The notes below the pieces were generated by a model. It had not been told where the DNA came from. It saw nothing but the letters and a program-made list of their open reading frames with translations, and made no database searches. Source: Alphaproteobacteria bacterium (GTDB lineage Bacteria > Pseudomonadota > Alphaproteobacteria > GM7ARS4 > CBDIDI01). Taken from it: a stretch of 64,000 bases of DNA. The stretch lies in NCBI GenBank assembly GCA_965277685.1, contig OZ255830.1, forward strand, positions 1,553,650 through 1,617,649, written 5' to 3'. The position numbers and the translations under genes are program-made. Of the stretch, positions 20,301 to 30,657 are shown one piece after another; position 1 is the stretch's first letter; each line of letters begins with the position of its first letter.

Positions 20301-20520
20301 GGTTGCCGCGATCGCGCTCACGGTCATCGACATCATCGAGTTCCATCACATCGTTGACGTCTGGTCCAACGACATTGCTCAGAACAAGATGCGAGACGCC
20401 ATCGACGATTATTTCTTCGACGTGCTTCGCGATAAACATGGCGTGGCATTGTCGGGCGAGGTGATGGACGACATAGAATCCAAGATCATGGATCTTGCAC
20501 GGGCGCGGTTTCCGGGATGA
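17305..20520 (+). CDS. hsdR: Type I R-M restriction subunit
   Basis: RCDIVAYVNGIPFLVIENK nuclease motif; WHTQGSGKS; DESH; FTGTP; LLTGFDAP; LQAIARVNR. Confidence 0.95.
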   Translation: MTFDAAEKHQSQIPALQLLVALGFTPLSQAEAVRLRGGRLRNVVLDEVLADQLLKINRFTHRGRDYPFDLEDAHEAIRRLKPTPDRQKGLRGTNQDIYDTLVLGTTITKTIQGDSKSYSFRYIDWETPANNVYHVTAELSVERTASTRTKRCDIVAYVNGIPFLVIENKRPTESLKKAGSQLIGYQNEGSIPQLFHFAQLLMVMNRVKARYATVGTSWPFWQMWRDEEDRDETIDPLANRPLTVDEADAVFSGDFAFARAHFEALAAEGPRAITAQDRAIHALCRPERLLDLIRRFTVFDGGKRKVARHQQFFGIRRAVERVHQFNLDGRRKGGVIWHTQGSGKSLTMVMLGRSLALDKAIPNPRILIVTDRDDLDKQIKDTFKSCELEPVRATSGAHLIELIRNRTPLVTTIINKFNTAAKAAEDVDEDANVFVLVDESHRSQTGRYGGHSQLATRMRRLLPKACYLGFTGTPLLKKEKNTFSTFGGLIHKYTIDEAVADGAVVKLLYEGRFVEQQVNGGVIDKEFDKISEVLTDSQKADLKRKFSRMDALSKTDKAIRAKAFDISEHFRRHWQGTGFKAQLVAPSKAAAVRFKEVLDEIGHVTSEIVISPPNDNEGNEEVDKESKDLVRGFWARMMAHYKTEDKYTRQIIEAFKGSGDPEILIVVSKLLTGFDAPRNTVLYVCKSLREHNLLQAIARVNRLYEDGATEKQLGLIIDYEGLLGELDTALTTYSAFEGFDAADLAGTVHDVREEIRKLPQLHDQLWDLFKPVENKKDMEKLEQFLADEAIRQEFYERLKAFSRCLHISLSSSKLIDVFDKEKIAAMKLDWKQFSKLRRSVRLRYQETVDIKEFEPKIQKLLDDHVGAMPAETIIEMVNINDPDALKAVVKETGVSEASRADRIASATRRTITEKMDEDPTLYRKFSELLEEIIRDYRAKRISGRDYLKNTVDLASKVARKDRGREVPDAIKGNDNGQAFFGILEGALKTDDGKPIEADEVAAIALTVIDIIEFHHIVDVWSNDIAQNKMRDAIDDYFFDVLRDKHGVALSGEVMDDIESKIMDLARARFPG

Positions 20521-21233
20521 CGGCAGAGCGGCACAGCGTCCAATACGGTGAACACAGGATCGACTTCGCCATCGTGCGCCGCGAACGGACGACGCTGGAA
20601 ATCGCCGTCGAGCCGGATGCTTCCGTTGTCGTCGCTGCCCCGCAGGATACTCCGCTGGTCGCGATCGAGGAGAAGGTGCGCAAGCGCGCTGCGTGGATCC
20701 GGCGTCAGCAGCGATATTTCATTCAGTTCCTTCCGCGCACTCCGGATCGCCGGTACGTGGCGGGCGAGACCCATCTTTATCTCGGACGCCAGTATCGGTT
20801 GAAAGTTGTGCCCCACGTCGAGGCGACGGTGAAGCTCGTTCGTGGCTTCATCGTCGTTCAAACGCATAGGCCCGAGCGAACCGAGGTCACGCGGGAGCTT
20901 GTTGAAGCTTGGTATCGACAGCGGGCACATGCGAAATTCGCCGAGCGCCTTGAAGTCAACCTCCTGCGCTTCCCTGCACCTGAAGACTTTTGCCTCAAAG
21001 GATTGATCGTGCGCCGGCTCCGGCAGCGGTGGGGCTCGATGTCTCCGGGATATCGTCTGCTGCTCAATCGCCGCCTGATTGAGGCCCCCATGGATGCGAT
21101 TGACTACGTCATCACGCACGAGCTGTGCCACATCGAGGTGCCGCACCACGGGCCGGAGTTCTTCGCACTGCTGGACCGCGTCCTACCCGATTGGCAAAAG
21201 CGCAAACACCGGCTCGAACAAGAAATGGCGTGA
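20517..21233 (+). CDS. YgjP-like / M48 (DUF45) zinc metallopeptidase family protein
   Basis: GETHLYLG, RWGS, IDYVITHELCH...HHGPEFF; ATGA overlap with hsdR, a common type I R-M companion. Confidence 0.9.
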   Translation: MTAERHSVQYGEHRIDFAIVRRERTTLEIAVEPDASVVVAAPQDTPLVAIEEKVRKRAAWIRRQQRYFIQFLPRTPDRRYVAGETHLYLGRQYRLKVVPHVEATVKLVRGFIVVQTHRPERTEVTRELVEAWYRQRAHAKFAERLEVNLLRFPAPEDFCLKGLIVRRLRQRWGSMSPGYRLLLNRRLIEAPMDAIDYVITHELCHIEVPHHGPEFFALLDRVLPDWQKRKHRLEQEMA

Positions 21234-21984
21234 GCCTTCTTATGCGGAGGGCGGCGGTTAGTATTACTGCGTGAGCTCAAGCGAAAGTTGTCGGGAGTAT
21301 TTTTCCGACTGATAGTTGCCGGATACTAGCATCGAATTCACGGCGAGAGATGGACAATAAATCCGCCGCGAAGCTGAACACATCGCGCAGATAATTATAG
21401 CTGTTTTCTTCCAAGCCTGCGAATTGAGCAAAGCCGCGAATGTGACGATCTACAGCAATGCAATCCACTGTGATTAAGATACCGGGCGCGGAAAAGGTGG
21501 GTAAGATACCGGTGAAATTGGCCAGCACGGACAAGAGCGAGAAGGTGCATCGCCATAATTGGGTCAAGACGGCGGGGCTGGTGGATGAAAAAGTATTCGT
21601 TGATTACGAAAAGATGTAATCGCCACGGAGGGACGTAACCTCCTCAACTCCCACGCTCCTTTTTCAAAGCGGTATGAGCGCGTTGGGATCCCCGTGGGGA
21701 CTTTCCGTCGGCTATCTTTCAAACCAAGGGGCCTTGCGGACTGATCGGGTTCTTGCGAACCACCCAACCGACCGTACACCCGATTCAACGGCAGGCGCGG
21801 CGATCACACCCAATAATATAGGGGCGTGGGGCGTTTTTGGCAAGTTTTCGGGATGGATGATGCCCCCGCGCGAGAATCGCGCCACAAAGTGTTTTTACCC
21901 TGTTTAACGGCGCGATTATGGGACTGCTTCGGGTGGTGATGGCGGTTAGGTTGATGTTTTGGGGGGCATCATGTTTAAACGGAT

Positions 21985-22257
21985 TTACTTTTGCGGTATT
22001 TCTTTCAGCGCGTTCTTGCCAGTGAGTTGCCAAATGTTCAGGATATTGTCGAAGTCGACTGAACGGTTGGGGGCGTAATATTTGCACTCACTAATTGATC
22101 GCACCGAATGACCGCAATGGGGGCAGTTCTCTTGGCTAAGCAAAAGGGCGCGCTTGCCCGGTAGCGGCACAGCATGATCCGTGTCCGTATTTTCATAGCT
22201 AGGCCCCGGCATATCCTTTGAACAATATGGGCACTTCATAGTTCGCGTGGGTCCCAT
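21985..22257 (-). CDS. Small zinc-ribbon hypothetical protein
   Basis: CPYC and CPHC pairs; AGGAG upstream of the ATG. Confidence 0.5.
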   Translation of the reverse strand: MGPTRTMKCPYCSKDMPGPSYENTDTDHAVPLPGKRALLLSQENCPHCGHSVRSISECKYYAPNRSVDFDNILNIWQLTGKNALKEIPQK

Positions 22258-22367
22258 GATTTCCTGACTCCTTGAGTTTGTATGAAGGGATGGGGGGATG
22301 GTAGCAAACCATCTGTCGCGCTACAATGGGAAATGGGCGCGGAGATTGTGACGATTCTCAGACTTCA

Positions 22368-22460
22368 TGGCGGAGGGAGAGGGATTCGAACCCTCGATAC
22401 GGGGAATACCCGTATACACGCTTTCCAAGCGTGCGCCTTCAGCCGCTCGGCCATCCCTCC
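22368..22460 (-). tRNA. tRNA-Ser (anticodon GGA)
   Basis: Minus strand GGAGGGATGGCCGAGCGGCTGAAGGCGCACGCTTGGAAAGCGTG...long variable arm...GGTTCGAATCCCTCTCCCTCCGCCA; encoded CCA. Confidence 0.96.
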
Positions 22461-22586
22461 GTCGTGGTGCTTACGATAACGAAAAAGGCGCACCAATCAA
22501 TACCCGTTATGACCAAAAGGGCCCCCCTAACCCCTAAAGGGGTGCAAATGGCCGGGCCGCGATCGATGGGCTTTACGGATGGCATC

Positions 22587-22722
22587 AAGACCCTTTGTCC
22601 ATCGGCGCGGGTCAGCACGATTTGACGTTAAGACCCTTTGGGGCATCGGCGCGGGTCAGCGCGATTTGACGTTAAGACCCCTTTGGCCATTGGCGCGGGC
22701 GGCGCGGGTCAGCGTGATTTGA
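22587..22722. repeat. 43-44-bp tandem repeat, ~3 copies, duplicating the 3' end/stop region of the M48 protease gene
   Basis: AAGACCC recurs at 22587, 22630 and 22674; each unit carries GGCGCGGGTCAGC..GATTTGA. Confidence 0.8.
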
Positions 22723-24055
22723 TGATGGCGATGATATCCTCGGCCCGGCGTTTTTGCGGTGAATTGGCCGGAAGCAATTTGGCGGCGCGCCGGGCTTGAT
22801 TGCGCGCCCGGGCAAGATTGCCGTGCAGCAAGGCGTGCTCGGCCACGGCAAGGGCGGCCGGGCCGATTTGTCCTTTTTTACCAAAAGCAATCGCCAGGAA
22901 ATGCCAGGCCGGGGCATTATCCGGCTCGATGCGCAGGGCTTGGTGCAAATGGGTGATGGCATCTTCCAGCTTGCCGCCGCTATCGTCTTCCATTTCGGCC
23001 CGGGCGAGACTAACCAACAACAGCGCGCTGTCGGGGGCAAGGGCATGGGCTTGGCGCAGATAGGGCAGGGCTTGGCGCAGTTTGCCGCTTTCAAAGAGGA
23101 TTTGGCCAAGCAATTCTTGGAAATACGGGTTGTTTTTTTCCAGATCGATCAGTGCCAAGGCCTCGCGGCGCGCGTCTTCGAGTTTGTTGGAGCGGTGATA
23201 GGCAACGGCGCGGGCATACCGTCCGGCGATGGTATCGATACCGCGATAGGCGCGCAGGGTCTGGGACGGCGGGGAAAGAAATCCGGCCAATTTCGCCTGC
23301 ATACGGTCAAAATTCTCCCGGGTTTCGGGATCGGCGGACCGGCCCGTATGGGGGGATCTTTCGGCATGGGAGCGAATATGATTAATGCGTTCCTTGCTGA
23401 GCGGATGGGTCAAGGTATAAGGATCAATATTACCGGCGTAGAGCTTGCTGCGTTTTTCCAGAATTTTGAGAAAGTTCAAAAAACCCTCCGAGGTCAGGCC
23501 GATTTCATCCAGGTAGTGAAGAGCCGCTTCATCGGCCGAGGATTCAAAACGCCGCATTTCGGCAAGGAGTCGGCGCCGGGCAATATGATTGCCGCCAAGC
23601 AGGGCGGCCTGACCCCCTTGAACCGCTTGATCCTGACTGCCGGCGAGGGCGCCGCCAAGGGCGGCCCCGGCCCCCAGCAACATCGATAAAATCTGTTGAT
23701 AGGCGGCGTTTTTTTGAACCAGATCAAAGCGGGCTAAATGCCCACCGGAAATATGGGCGGTTTCGTGGGCGATGACGCCGATGACTTCTTCGGGGGAATT
23801 GGCCCGAAGGAGGAGTCCGGTATGAATAAAAATATTTTGCCCATTGGTGACAAAGGCATTGATGTCGTTGCTTGGGACAAGATAGATCCGGATATCTTTA
23901 GACCTTAATCCGGCCGCGTTGAATATGGGCAGCGACCATTGCCGTAAATGGGTTTCGATTTCTTCATCGCGGACAAGGGGGATGGCCATGGCCGTGTTGA
24001 TGGAAAAGAGAAAAATCGCCCCGATCAGAAAAGTGGGCATCAGAATACGGGGCAT
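22709..24055 (-). CDS. M48 family metalloprotease with TPR repeats (BepA/YfgC-like)
   Basis: Signal peptide; INAF; GVIAHETAH; ESSAD; THPL; C-terminal TPRs. Start codon uncertain. Confidence 0.9.
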   Translation of the reverse strand: MPRILMPTFLIGAIFLFSINTAMAIPLVRDEEIETHLRQWSLPIFNAAGLRSKDIRIYLVPSNDINAFVTNGQNIFIHTGLLLRANSPEEVIGVIAHETAHISGGHLARFDLVQKNAAYQQILSMLLGAGAALGGALAGSQDQAVQGGQAALLGGNHIARRRLLAEMRRFESSADEAALHYLDEIGLTSEGFLNFLKILEKRSKLYAGNIDPYTLTHPLSKERINHIRSHAERSPHTGRSADPETRENFDRMQAKLAGFLSPPSQTLRAYRGIDTIAGRYARAVAYHRSNKLEDARREALALIDLEKNNPYFQELLGQILFESGKLRQALPYLRQAHALAPDSALLLVSLARAEMEDDSGGKLEDAITHLHQALRIEPDNAPAWHFLAIAFGKKGQIGPAALAVAEHALLHGNLARARNQARRAAKLLPANSPQKRRAEDIIAIIKSR

Positions 24056-24204
24056 CAGGAAGCGGCGAAGGAAAACAGGGATGATCAAGGTCATTTGCAC
24101 ACAATACGAACGGGGATCGCAACACGATGGATGGGACGGCTTTTTATTTTGTCGCACGAGAGTATAGTCACAAGAACAGCTTCCCGGTTTTGGATAAAGC
24201 CCAT

Positions 24205-25590
24205 ATGTCTAGGAAAATAGCAGCGCGTGCCCGGGCCATCCGCCCCTTTATAGTAATGGATATGCTTCGGCTTGCCAATCAAAAGGGGGCCAATGAAAAG
24301 GGGGCCAATCAAAAGGCAACAATAAAAGGATGCCGCGACGGGCAGCGCGTGATCCATCTTGAGTTGGGCGCGCCCCCTTCGACCCTTCCAAAGGGACTGC
24401 AAGAGGATTTGCGCGCCTTGATCGGTGCCCCGATACCCGGATACAGCGAAGCCCTTGGGCGGGTCGCGTTGCGCCAAAAAATCGCCGACTATTATGCAAA
24501 GCGCGATAATTTTTCTATCTCTGCCGACAGAATCGCGGTGACGTGCGGTTCTTCGGCGGCATTGGTGATGGCCATGATCGCTTCTTTCGATCCCGGCGAT
24601 GCCGTGGCCGTGACATTGCCGGGCTATCCGGCCTATCCGAATATGTTGCGCGCCCTTGGCTGTACCGTGGTCGAGATCGAAACCCGGGCCGAGGATCACT
24701 TCCTTCCCGCTCCGGATGATATTCGTCGTCTTGCAACGACGGTGCGGGGGGTAATATTGACGTCGCCGTCCAATCCGACCGGTATGGTGATCGATGATGC
24801 CCGCATGGCCCAAATCGCAACCGTGTGTAAAAAGCGCGGCATTCGCCTGATTTGCGATGAAATCTACCGTGATATCGTCTATGGCGATACCCGTCCCGCA
24901 TGCGCGGCCCGATGGGATGACGAGGCCATCGTCATAAGCGGCTTTTCAAAATATTTTCTCATGCCGGGATGGCGGCTTGGCTGGATGTTGGTGCCGTCCG
25001 ACATGATCCGATCGATCGAGAAAATTGCCCAGAACCTCTATGTCTCGCCACCGGCTTTGTCCCAATGCCTGGCCATGAAGGCGTTGGATTATATTCCTCA
25101 ATTTGATGCCAATGTCGCGCAATGGCGGGATAATCGGCAATTATTGGCCGGGGCATTGGCCGATATGGGTTTTGCCCCATTGCCGGCAAAGGGCGGGTTT
25201 TATCTTTATGCCGATATTCGCGCCATCACCAAGAACGGCGGCGTGCCCGCTTGCCGCCATGATACGTCGATCGGCAACCGGCCGCCGTCGGACGATAATC
25301 CGGGGGAAAATAATCCAATCGGCGATAATCCAATCGGCCATGATCCGGGGGAAAATAATCCAATAAGCCATAATCGAATGGGCCATAGTTTGGCCATGTG
25401 CCATGATATTCTCGACAAAGTTGGCGTTGCCTTAACGTCGGGGGTTGATTTTGATCCCATTCGTGGCCATGACTGGATTCGTTTCTCTTATTCCGGGTCG
25501 CGTCACGATATCGCACGGGCGATCGAACGGTTGTACCTGTGGAGAAAATCTCACAAGGGGTATTCCCATCTATGCCAAGACAGGCTATGA
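24205..25590 (+). CDS. PLP-dependent class I/II aminotransferase with repeat insertions
   Basis: SPSNPTG, DEIY, SGFSKYFLMPGWRLGW, IRFSY; low-complexity inserts ANQKGANEKGANQK and DNPGENNPIGDNPIGHDPGENNPI. Confidence 0.9.
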   Translation: MSRKIAARARAIRPFIVMDMLRLANQKGANEKGANQKATIKGCRDGQRVIHLELGAPPSTLPKGLQEDLRALIGAPIPGYSEALGRVALRQKIADYYAKRDNFSISADRIAVTCGSSAALVMAMIASFDPGDAVAVTLPGYPAYPNMLRALGCTVVEIETRAEDHFLPAPDDIRRLATTVRGVILTSPSNPTGMVIDDARMAQIATVCKKRGIRLICDEIYRDIVYGDTRPACAARWDDEAIVISGFSKYFLMPGWRLGWMLVPSDMIRSIEKIAQNLYVSPPALSQCLAMKALDYIPQFDANVAQWRDNRQLLAGALADMGFAPLPAKGGFYLYADIRAITKNGGVPACRHDTSIGNRPPSDDNPGENNPIGDNPIGHDPGENNPISHNRMGHSLAMCHDILDKVGVALTSGVDFDPIRGHDWIRFSYSGSRHDIARAIERLYLWRKSHKGYSHLCQDRL

Positions 25591-25671
25591 GTTGTCTTTG
25601 CCGTCCCTGCGGTGATTTCGTATCGCGGCATGGGGGTATAATCGGTGTGGTTCCGCAAGGGTATCAGCACG

Positions 25672-26037
25672 ATGGCTGAACTTTACCAGCAATATTTTCC
25701 ATTGCTGATTTTTCTTTCGGTCGCCTTTGTTTTTTCCGGGGCTGCCGTCCTCGCTTCGCGTATTGTTGCCCCTTACGCCCCCGATAACGAAAAAGTATCC
25801 CCTTACGAGTGCGGGTTCGATCCCTTTCATAACGCCCATAGTCGTTTTCGCGTCCGCTATTATCTGGTCGCGTTGCTTTTCATCCTTTTCGATCTTGAGA
25901 TTGCCTTTCTCTTTCCCTGGGCGATAGCCATCGCCGATATCGGTATGTTTGGCTTTTGGTCGGCGATTCTTTTCCTTGCCATCCTGACGGTCGGGTTCAT
26001 CTATGAATGGTCAAAAGGAGCATTGGAATGGGAATAA
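25672..26037 (+). CDS. nuoA: NADH-quinone oxidoreductase subunit A
   Basis: [30 protein letters not shown]. Confidence 0.96.
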   Translation: MAELYQQYFPLLIFLSVAFVFSGAAVLASRIVAPYAPDNEKVSPYECGFDPFHNAHSRFRVRYYLVALLFILFDLEIAFLFPWAIAIADIGMFGFWSAILFLAILTVGFIYEWSKGALEWE

Positions 26038-26636
26038 TCACGCCGCCGTCATATTCGCCCCGCCCCCAAGCCGGGGACGAATCCCGGATTGAATCCCAAG
26101 CTGAATCCCAAACTTTATCCCCGATTGAGTCCCGGGTCGAAACCGCGGCCGGCAAGGATCAAAAATCGGCGTTCGATCAACGCGGCTATCTTGTTGCCCG
26201 CCTTGACGATCTGGTCAATTGGGCCAGAAGCGGATCGCTTTGGCCGATGACCTTTGGTTTGGCTTGTTGCGCGGTGGAAATGATGCAATCGGCGGCCAGC
26301 CGCTATGATTTTGATCGCTTCGGTATCGTTTTTCGGCCAAGTCCGCGCCAATCCGATGTGATGATCGTGGCCGGCACCCTGACCAATAAAATGGCCCCGG
26401 CCCTGCGCAAGGTCTATGACCAGATGCCGCAGCCGCGATGGGTCATTTCGATGGGCAGCTGTGCCAATGGCGGCGGCTATTACCACTATTCCTATTCGGT
26501 CGTGCGTGGCTGTGACCGCATTGTTCCGGTCGATGTGTACGTCCCCGGCTGTCCCCCGACCGCCGAAGCCTTGCTTTATGGGATTTTGCAGTTACAGCGC
26601 AAAATCCGCCGTACCGGCACAATCCGGCGCGGTTGA
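26028..26636 (+). CDS. nuoB: NADH-quinone oxidoreductase subunit B
   Basis: [28 protein letters not shown]. Confidence 0.96.
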   Translation: MGIITPPSYSPRPQAGDESRIESQAESQTLSPIESRVETAAGKDQKSAFDQRGYLVARLDDLVNWARSGSLWPMTFGLACCAVEMMQSAASRYDFDRFGIVFRPSPRQSDVMIVAGTLTNKMAPALRKVYDQMPQPRWVISMGSCANGGGYYHYSYSVVRGCDRIVPVDVYVPGCPPTAEALLYGILQLQRKIRRTGTIRRG

Positions 26637-27514
26637 CGGCAATGGACGAACGCTTATCGGATATTGGGGAAAGGTTAAAGAAATACCTTGGGGATACGCC
26701 ATTTTCCTTGACGGCACAGGGGGGCGAGGGCGTCATCACCATCGACAGCGACGCGATTTCCCGTGCGCTTTTGTTTTTGCGTAATGATTCGGGCTGTCGC
26801 TTTACCCTTTTGATTGATATATGTGGGGTTGATTACCCCGAGCGCACGCCACGTTTTGAAGTTGTCTATCATATCCTGTCGTTGATCTTTAATTTGCGTT
26901 TGCGTCTGAAAGTCGCGACCGATGGAAGCGGTATGGTGCCCAGTGTCTGCGAGGTTTTTCCCTGTGCCGATTGGTACGAGCGCGAGGTATGGGATATGTT
27001 CGGTGTTCCCTTTGCGAATCATCCGGATTTGCGCCGAATTTTGACCGATTACGGGTTCGAAGGACACCCTTTGCGCAAGGATTTCCCCCTGACCGGACAT
27101 GTCGAGGTGCGCTATGATGAAGAGCGCAAGAAAGTGGTCTATGAGCCGGTGCATCTGACCCAGGAATTTCGCGATTTTGACTTTCTCTCCCCTTGGGATG
27201 GTCCGATGTCGCTTCCCGGCGATGAAAAGGCCGGCGATGAAAAGGCCAACGATGAAAAGGCCAACGATAAAGAGTCCGGCGGGAAAAGGGGCAGCGGTGG
27301 AGAGCCCGGCGGTGCAAAATCCGGTCTTGATACGCGGGGCGGTGGCCTTGCCAAAACCGCCAAAGAGCGATCCGATCCGGGTCGGGCAACGCCCCCGATG
27401 CCGAAAAGAGGGCATCGTGGCCCAGGCCCATCGGCAAGGGAAAAGGCCGGCGATCGGGCCCAAATGGAGTCCAAGGCGACGTCCCAAATGGAGTCCAAGA
27501 GCCGATCCTCATGA
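26633..27514 (+). CDS. nuoC: NADH-quinone oxidoreductase subunit C with a long low-complexity C-terminal tail
   Basis: [38 protein letters not shown]. Confidence 0.95.
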   Translation: MTAMDERLSDIGERLKKYLGDTPFSLTAQGGEGVITIDSDAISRALLFLRNDSGCRFTLLIDICGVDYPERTPRFEVVYHILSLIFNLRLRLKVATDGSGMVPSVCEVFPCADWYEREVWDMFGVPFANHPDLRRILTDYGFEGHPLRKDFPLTGHVEVRYDEERKKVVYEPVHLTQEFRDFDFLSPWDGPMSLPGDEKAGDEKANDEKANDKESGGKRGSGGEPGGAKSGLDTRGGGLAKTAKERSDPGRATPPMPKRGHRGPGPSAREKAGDRAQMESKATSQMESKSRSS

Positions 27515-28686
27515 GTAAGCGAAGCGAGACCTACAGCCTGAATTTCGGCCCCCAACACCCGGCCGCGCACGGTGTTTTGCGCTTGATTCTGGAATTGGAC
27601 GGCGAAGTCGTCGAGCGGGCCGATCCCCATATCGGATTGCTCCATCGCGGTACCGAAAAACTGATCGAGCACAAAACCTATTTGCAGGCGGTGCCGTACT
27701 TTGATCGCCTCGATTATGTCTCGCCGATGTGCCAGGAACACGCGTGGGCGCTGGCGGTCGAGCGTCTTCTCGACATCCGTCCCCCGCTTCGGGCCCGTTT
27801 TATTCGCGTCTTATTCGCCGAATTGACCAGAATTTTAAATCATGCGTTGAACATCACGACGTTTGCCCTTGATATTGGCGCGATGACCCCCTTCTTGTGG
27901 ATGTTCGAAGAGCGGGAAATCCTGATGGAATTTTACGAGCGGGTCTCCGGTTCGCGCATGCATGCCGCTTATTTTCGCCCCGGCGGGGTGTATCGGGATA
28001 TGCCGGACGGATTGGTCGAGGACATCATGGCCTTTGTTGATCGCTTTCCCCGCTCGATCGATGATCTTGAAGAATTGCTGACCGGCAATCGCATTTTCCG
28101 CCAGCGCACCGTCGATATCGGCGTTGTCGGTCGGGAAGAAGCCCTGGATTGGGGGTTTACCGGCCCGTGTCTGCGCGCCAGTGGGGTTGCCTGGGATTTG
28201 CGCCGATCCCAGCCCTACGATGTCTATGATCGGGTGCAATTCAAAATTCCGGTCGGCAAGAAGGGCGATTGTTTTGACCGTTATTTGGTGCGGGTGGCCG
28301 AAATGCGCGAGAGTCTGGCCATTATTCGCCAAGTTATTGAAATCCTGCCGAAAGGGCCGGTGATGGTGCGTGACGGCAAGATCGCGCCGCCAAAGAGGGG
28401 GCGGATGAAGCAATCGATGGAGGCATTGATCCATCATTTTAAATTATTCAGCGAGGGCTATCGCGTCGGCCCGGGAGAGACCTATTGCGCGGTCGAGGCC
28501 CCCAAGGGCGAATTTGGCGTGTATCTGATTGCCGATGGGTCGAACAAGCCCTATCGATGCAAAATTCGGGCACCGGGGTTTCCCTTTCTCCAGGCGGTCG
28601 ATGCCATGACGCGGGGGCACATGATTGCCGACGTCAACGCGATTATCGGTTCGCTTGATATCGTTTTTGGGGAAATTGACCGATGA
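27511..28686 (+). CDS. nuoD: NADH-quinone oxidoreductase subunit D
   Basis: [34 protein letters not shown]. Confidence 0.97.
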   Translation: MSKRSETYSLNFGPQHPAAHGVLRLILELDGEVVERADPHIGLLHRGTEKLIEHKTYLQAVPYFDRLDYVSPMCQEHAWALAVERLLDIRPPLRARFIRVLFAELTRILNHALNITTFALDIGAMTPFLWMFEEREILMEFYERVSGSRMHAAYFRPGGVYRDMPDGLVEDIMAFVDRFPRSIDDLEELLTGNRIFRQRTVDIGVVGREEALDWGFTGPCLRASGVAWDLRRSQPYDVYDRVQFKIPVGKKGDCFDRYLVRVAEMRESLAIIRQVIEILPKGPVMVRDGKIAPPKRGRMKQSMEALIHHFKLFSEGYRVGPGETYCAVEAPKGEFGVYLIADGSNKPYRCKIRAPGFPFLQAVDAMTRGHMIADVNAIIGSLDIVFGEIDR

Positions 28687-29300
28687 CGGCACCGGATCAT
28701 TCGATCGACGTCTTCGAGCGCCGCCACCGCGCCAAGATCAAGGATATTCTGCGCCGCTATCCACCGCAACGCCAGGCCAGTGCGGTTTTACCGCTGTTGG
28801 CAATGGCCCAAGAGCATTGCGGCGGCTGGCTTCCGCTTGCGGCCATGGATAAGGTGGCCGAAATCCTCGACATGGCCCCGATCAGGGTCTATGAGGTCGC
28901 CAGCTTTCACACGATGTTTAACCGCAATCCGGTTGGCCGCCATCATATCCGGGTCTGCACGTCTTTGCCGTGTTTTTTGCGCGGTGCCGACCGCGTTTTG
29001 GACGCATGCCGCCATCGCCTTAATCTTGATGTCGGCGAAACATCCTCCGATCATGCCTTTACCCTGGATCGGTGCGAATGCCTTGGGGCCTGCGTCAATG
29101 CGCCGGTGGTATGGATCGGCGATGATTATTACGAAGATGTCGATCCCGATCGTGTCGACGGTTTGTTGGATGCCTTTCGGCGGGCGGAAAAACCGACCCC
29201 CGGCCCGATATCGGGCCGCCATGCGAGCGAGCCGGAAGGGCAAAAAAACCCGTCCCATCGCGCGCGGGCAAGCAAGAAGAGGAAGCATCATGCTGGATAA
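28683..29300 (+). CDS. nuoE: NADH-quinone oxidoreductase subunit E
   Basis: [27 protein letters not shown]. Confidence 0.95.
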   Translation: MTAPDHSIDVFERRHRAKIKDILRRYPPQRQASAVLPLLAMAQEHCGGWLPLAAMDKVAEILDMAPIRVYEVASFHTMFNRNPVGRHHIRVCTSLPCFLRGADRVLDACRHRLNLDVGETSSDHAFTLDRCECLGACVNAPVVWIGDDYYEDVDPDRVDGLLDAFRRAEKPTPGPISGRHASEPEGQKNPSHRARASKKRKHHAG

Positions 29301-30657
29301 AAAAGATCGCATCTTTACCAATCTGCATGGCTTTGATGACTGGCAACTGGCCGGGGCAAAAAAACGTGGAGATTGGCATAAAACCGCTGGATTGATGGAA
29401 TCTCGCCCCGAAGAAATCATAGCAATGGTCAAGGAATCCGGATTGCGCGGGCGCGGTGGCGGCGGATTTCCGACCGGCTTGAAATGGTCTTTCATGGCAC
29501 CGGTAAAACGGCGGCAAAAGCGCTATCTGGTCATCAATGCCGATGAAGGGGAGCCGGGAACATGCAAAGATCGGGATATCCTGCGCCATGAGCCGCATAA
29601 AATGCTCGAAGGCATTGTCCTGACCGCCTATGCCCTGCAGGCGGATTGTTGCTATATCTATATTCGCGGTGAGTTCCAACGCGAAGCGCGCCATTGCCGC
29701 CGTGCTATTGAGGAGGCTTTGGACGCCGGATTGATCGGCAAGAACGCCTGTGGCAGTGGATGGAACGTCGATGTCCATCTGCATTGCGGGGCAGGGGCCT
29801 ATATTTGCGGCGAGGAAACCGCCTTGCTCGAAAGTCTTGAGGGGCGCAAGGGGCAACCACGCCTAAAGCCGCCATTTCCCGCCCATGTCGGGCTTTACGG
29901 CTGTCCGACCATGGTCAATAATGTTGAAACGGTCGCGGTGGTCCCGGATATTTTGCGGCGCGGCGCGGCCTGGTTTCGCGGCCTTGGTCGCCCCGGTAAT
30001 GCCGGCAACAAGCTTTTTTGTATCTGTGGTCACGTGGAAAAACCCTGTACCGTTGAAGAAGCGATGGGTATTCCGATGCGCACCTTGATCGAAAAGCATG
30101 CCGGTGGCGTTAGGGGCGGATGGGATAATCTTCTGGCCGTTATTCCGGGCGGGTCTTCTGTACCGGTGTTGCCAAAGGATATTTGCGACACCGTGCGCAT
30201 GGATTTTGATTCCCTCAAGGAAGTGCATTCGGGACTTGGCACCGGCGCGCTGATTGTCATGGATAAGAAAACGGATATTATTGCCGCCATTGCCCGCTTA
30301 TCGCGTTTTTATCGCCATGAATCATGCGGGCAATGCACGCCCTGTCGGGAAGGAAGCGGATGGATCGAAAGGGTGATGCATCGCTTTGCCCGCGGCGAGG
30401 GCAATATCCAGGAAATTGACCTCCTCGAGCAGGTCACCCGCCAGATCGAGGGGCATACGATTTGTGCCTTTGGCGAGGCAACCGCTTGGCCGATTCAAGG
30501 TCTTATCCGTCATTTTCGGGCCGATATTGAAAAGCGGTTGCGCCAAGGCGGGCAAACCGGCTTTGATGCGCCCGACCCGGCCCCGGATGACCCCCCGGGT
30601 GACCGACCGGGTGACCGATCGGGTGATTATGCGCACCCCCCCCCTGTGTCGTCATGA
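29290..30657 (+). CDS. nuoF: NADH-quinone oxidoreductase subunit F
   Basis: [50 protein letters not shown]. Confidence 0.97.
   Translation: MLDKKDRIFTNLHGFDDWQLAGAKKRGDWHKTAGLMESRPEEIIAMVKESGLRGRGGGGFPTGLKWSFMAPVKRRQKRYLVINADEGEPGTCKDRDILRHEPHKMLEGIVLTAYALQADCCYIYIRGEFQREARHCRRAIEEALDAGLIGKNACGSGWNVDVHLHCGAGAYICGEETALLESLEGRKGQPRLKPPFPAHVGLYGCPTMVNNVETVAVVPDILRRGAAWFRGLGRPGNAGNKLFCICGHVEKPCTVEEAMGIPMRTLIEKHAGGVRGGWDNLLAVIPGGSSVPVLPKDICDTVRMDFDSLKEVHSGLGTGALIVMDKKTDIIAAIARLSRFYRHESCGQCTPCREGSGWIERVMHRFARGEGNIQEIDLLEQVTRQIEGHTICAFGEATAWPIQGLIRHFRADIEKRLRQGGQTGFDAPDPAPDDPPGDRPGDRSGDYAHPPPVSS

Noticed and set aside
21241-21252. att-site duplicate of the tRNA-Ser 3' end (GCGGAGGG)
   Set aside because: Only an 8-nt match, expected by chance, and no integrase is nearby.
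21277-21907. Short ORFs between the M48 gene and the zinc-ribbon gene
   Set aside because: No motifs or convincing RBS; cannot be supported as genes.
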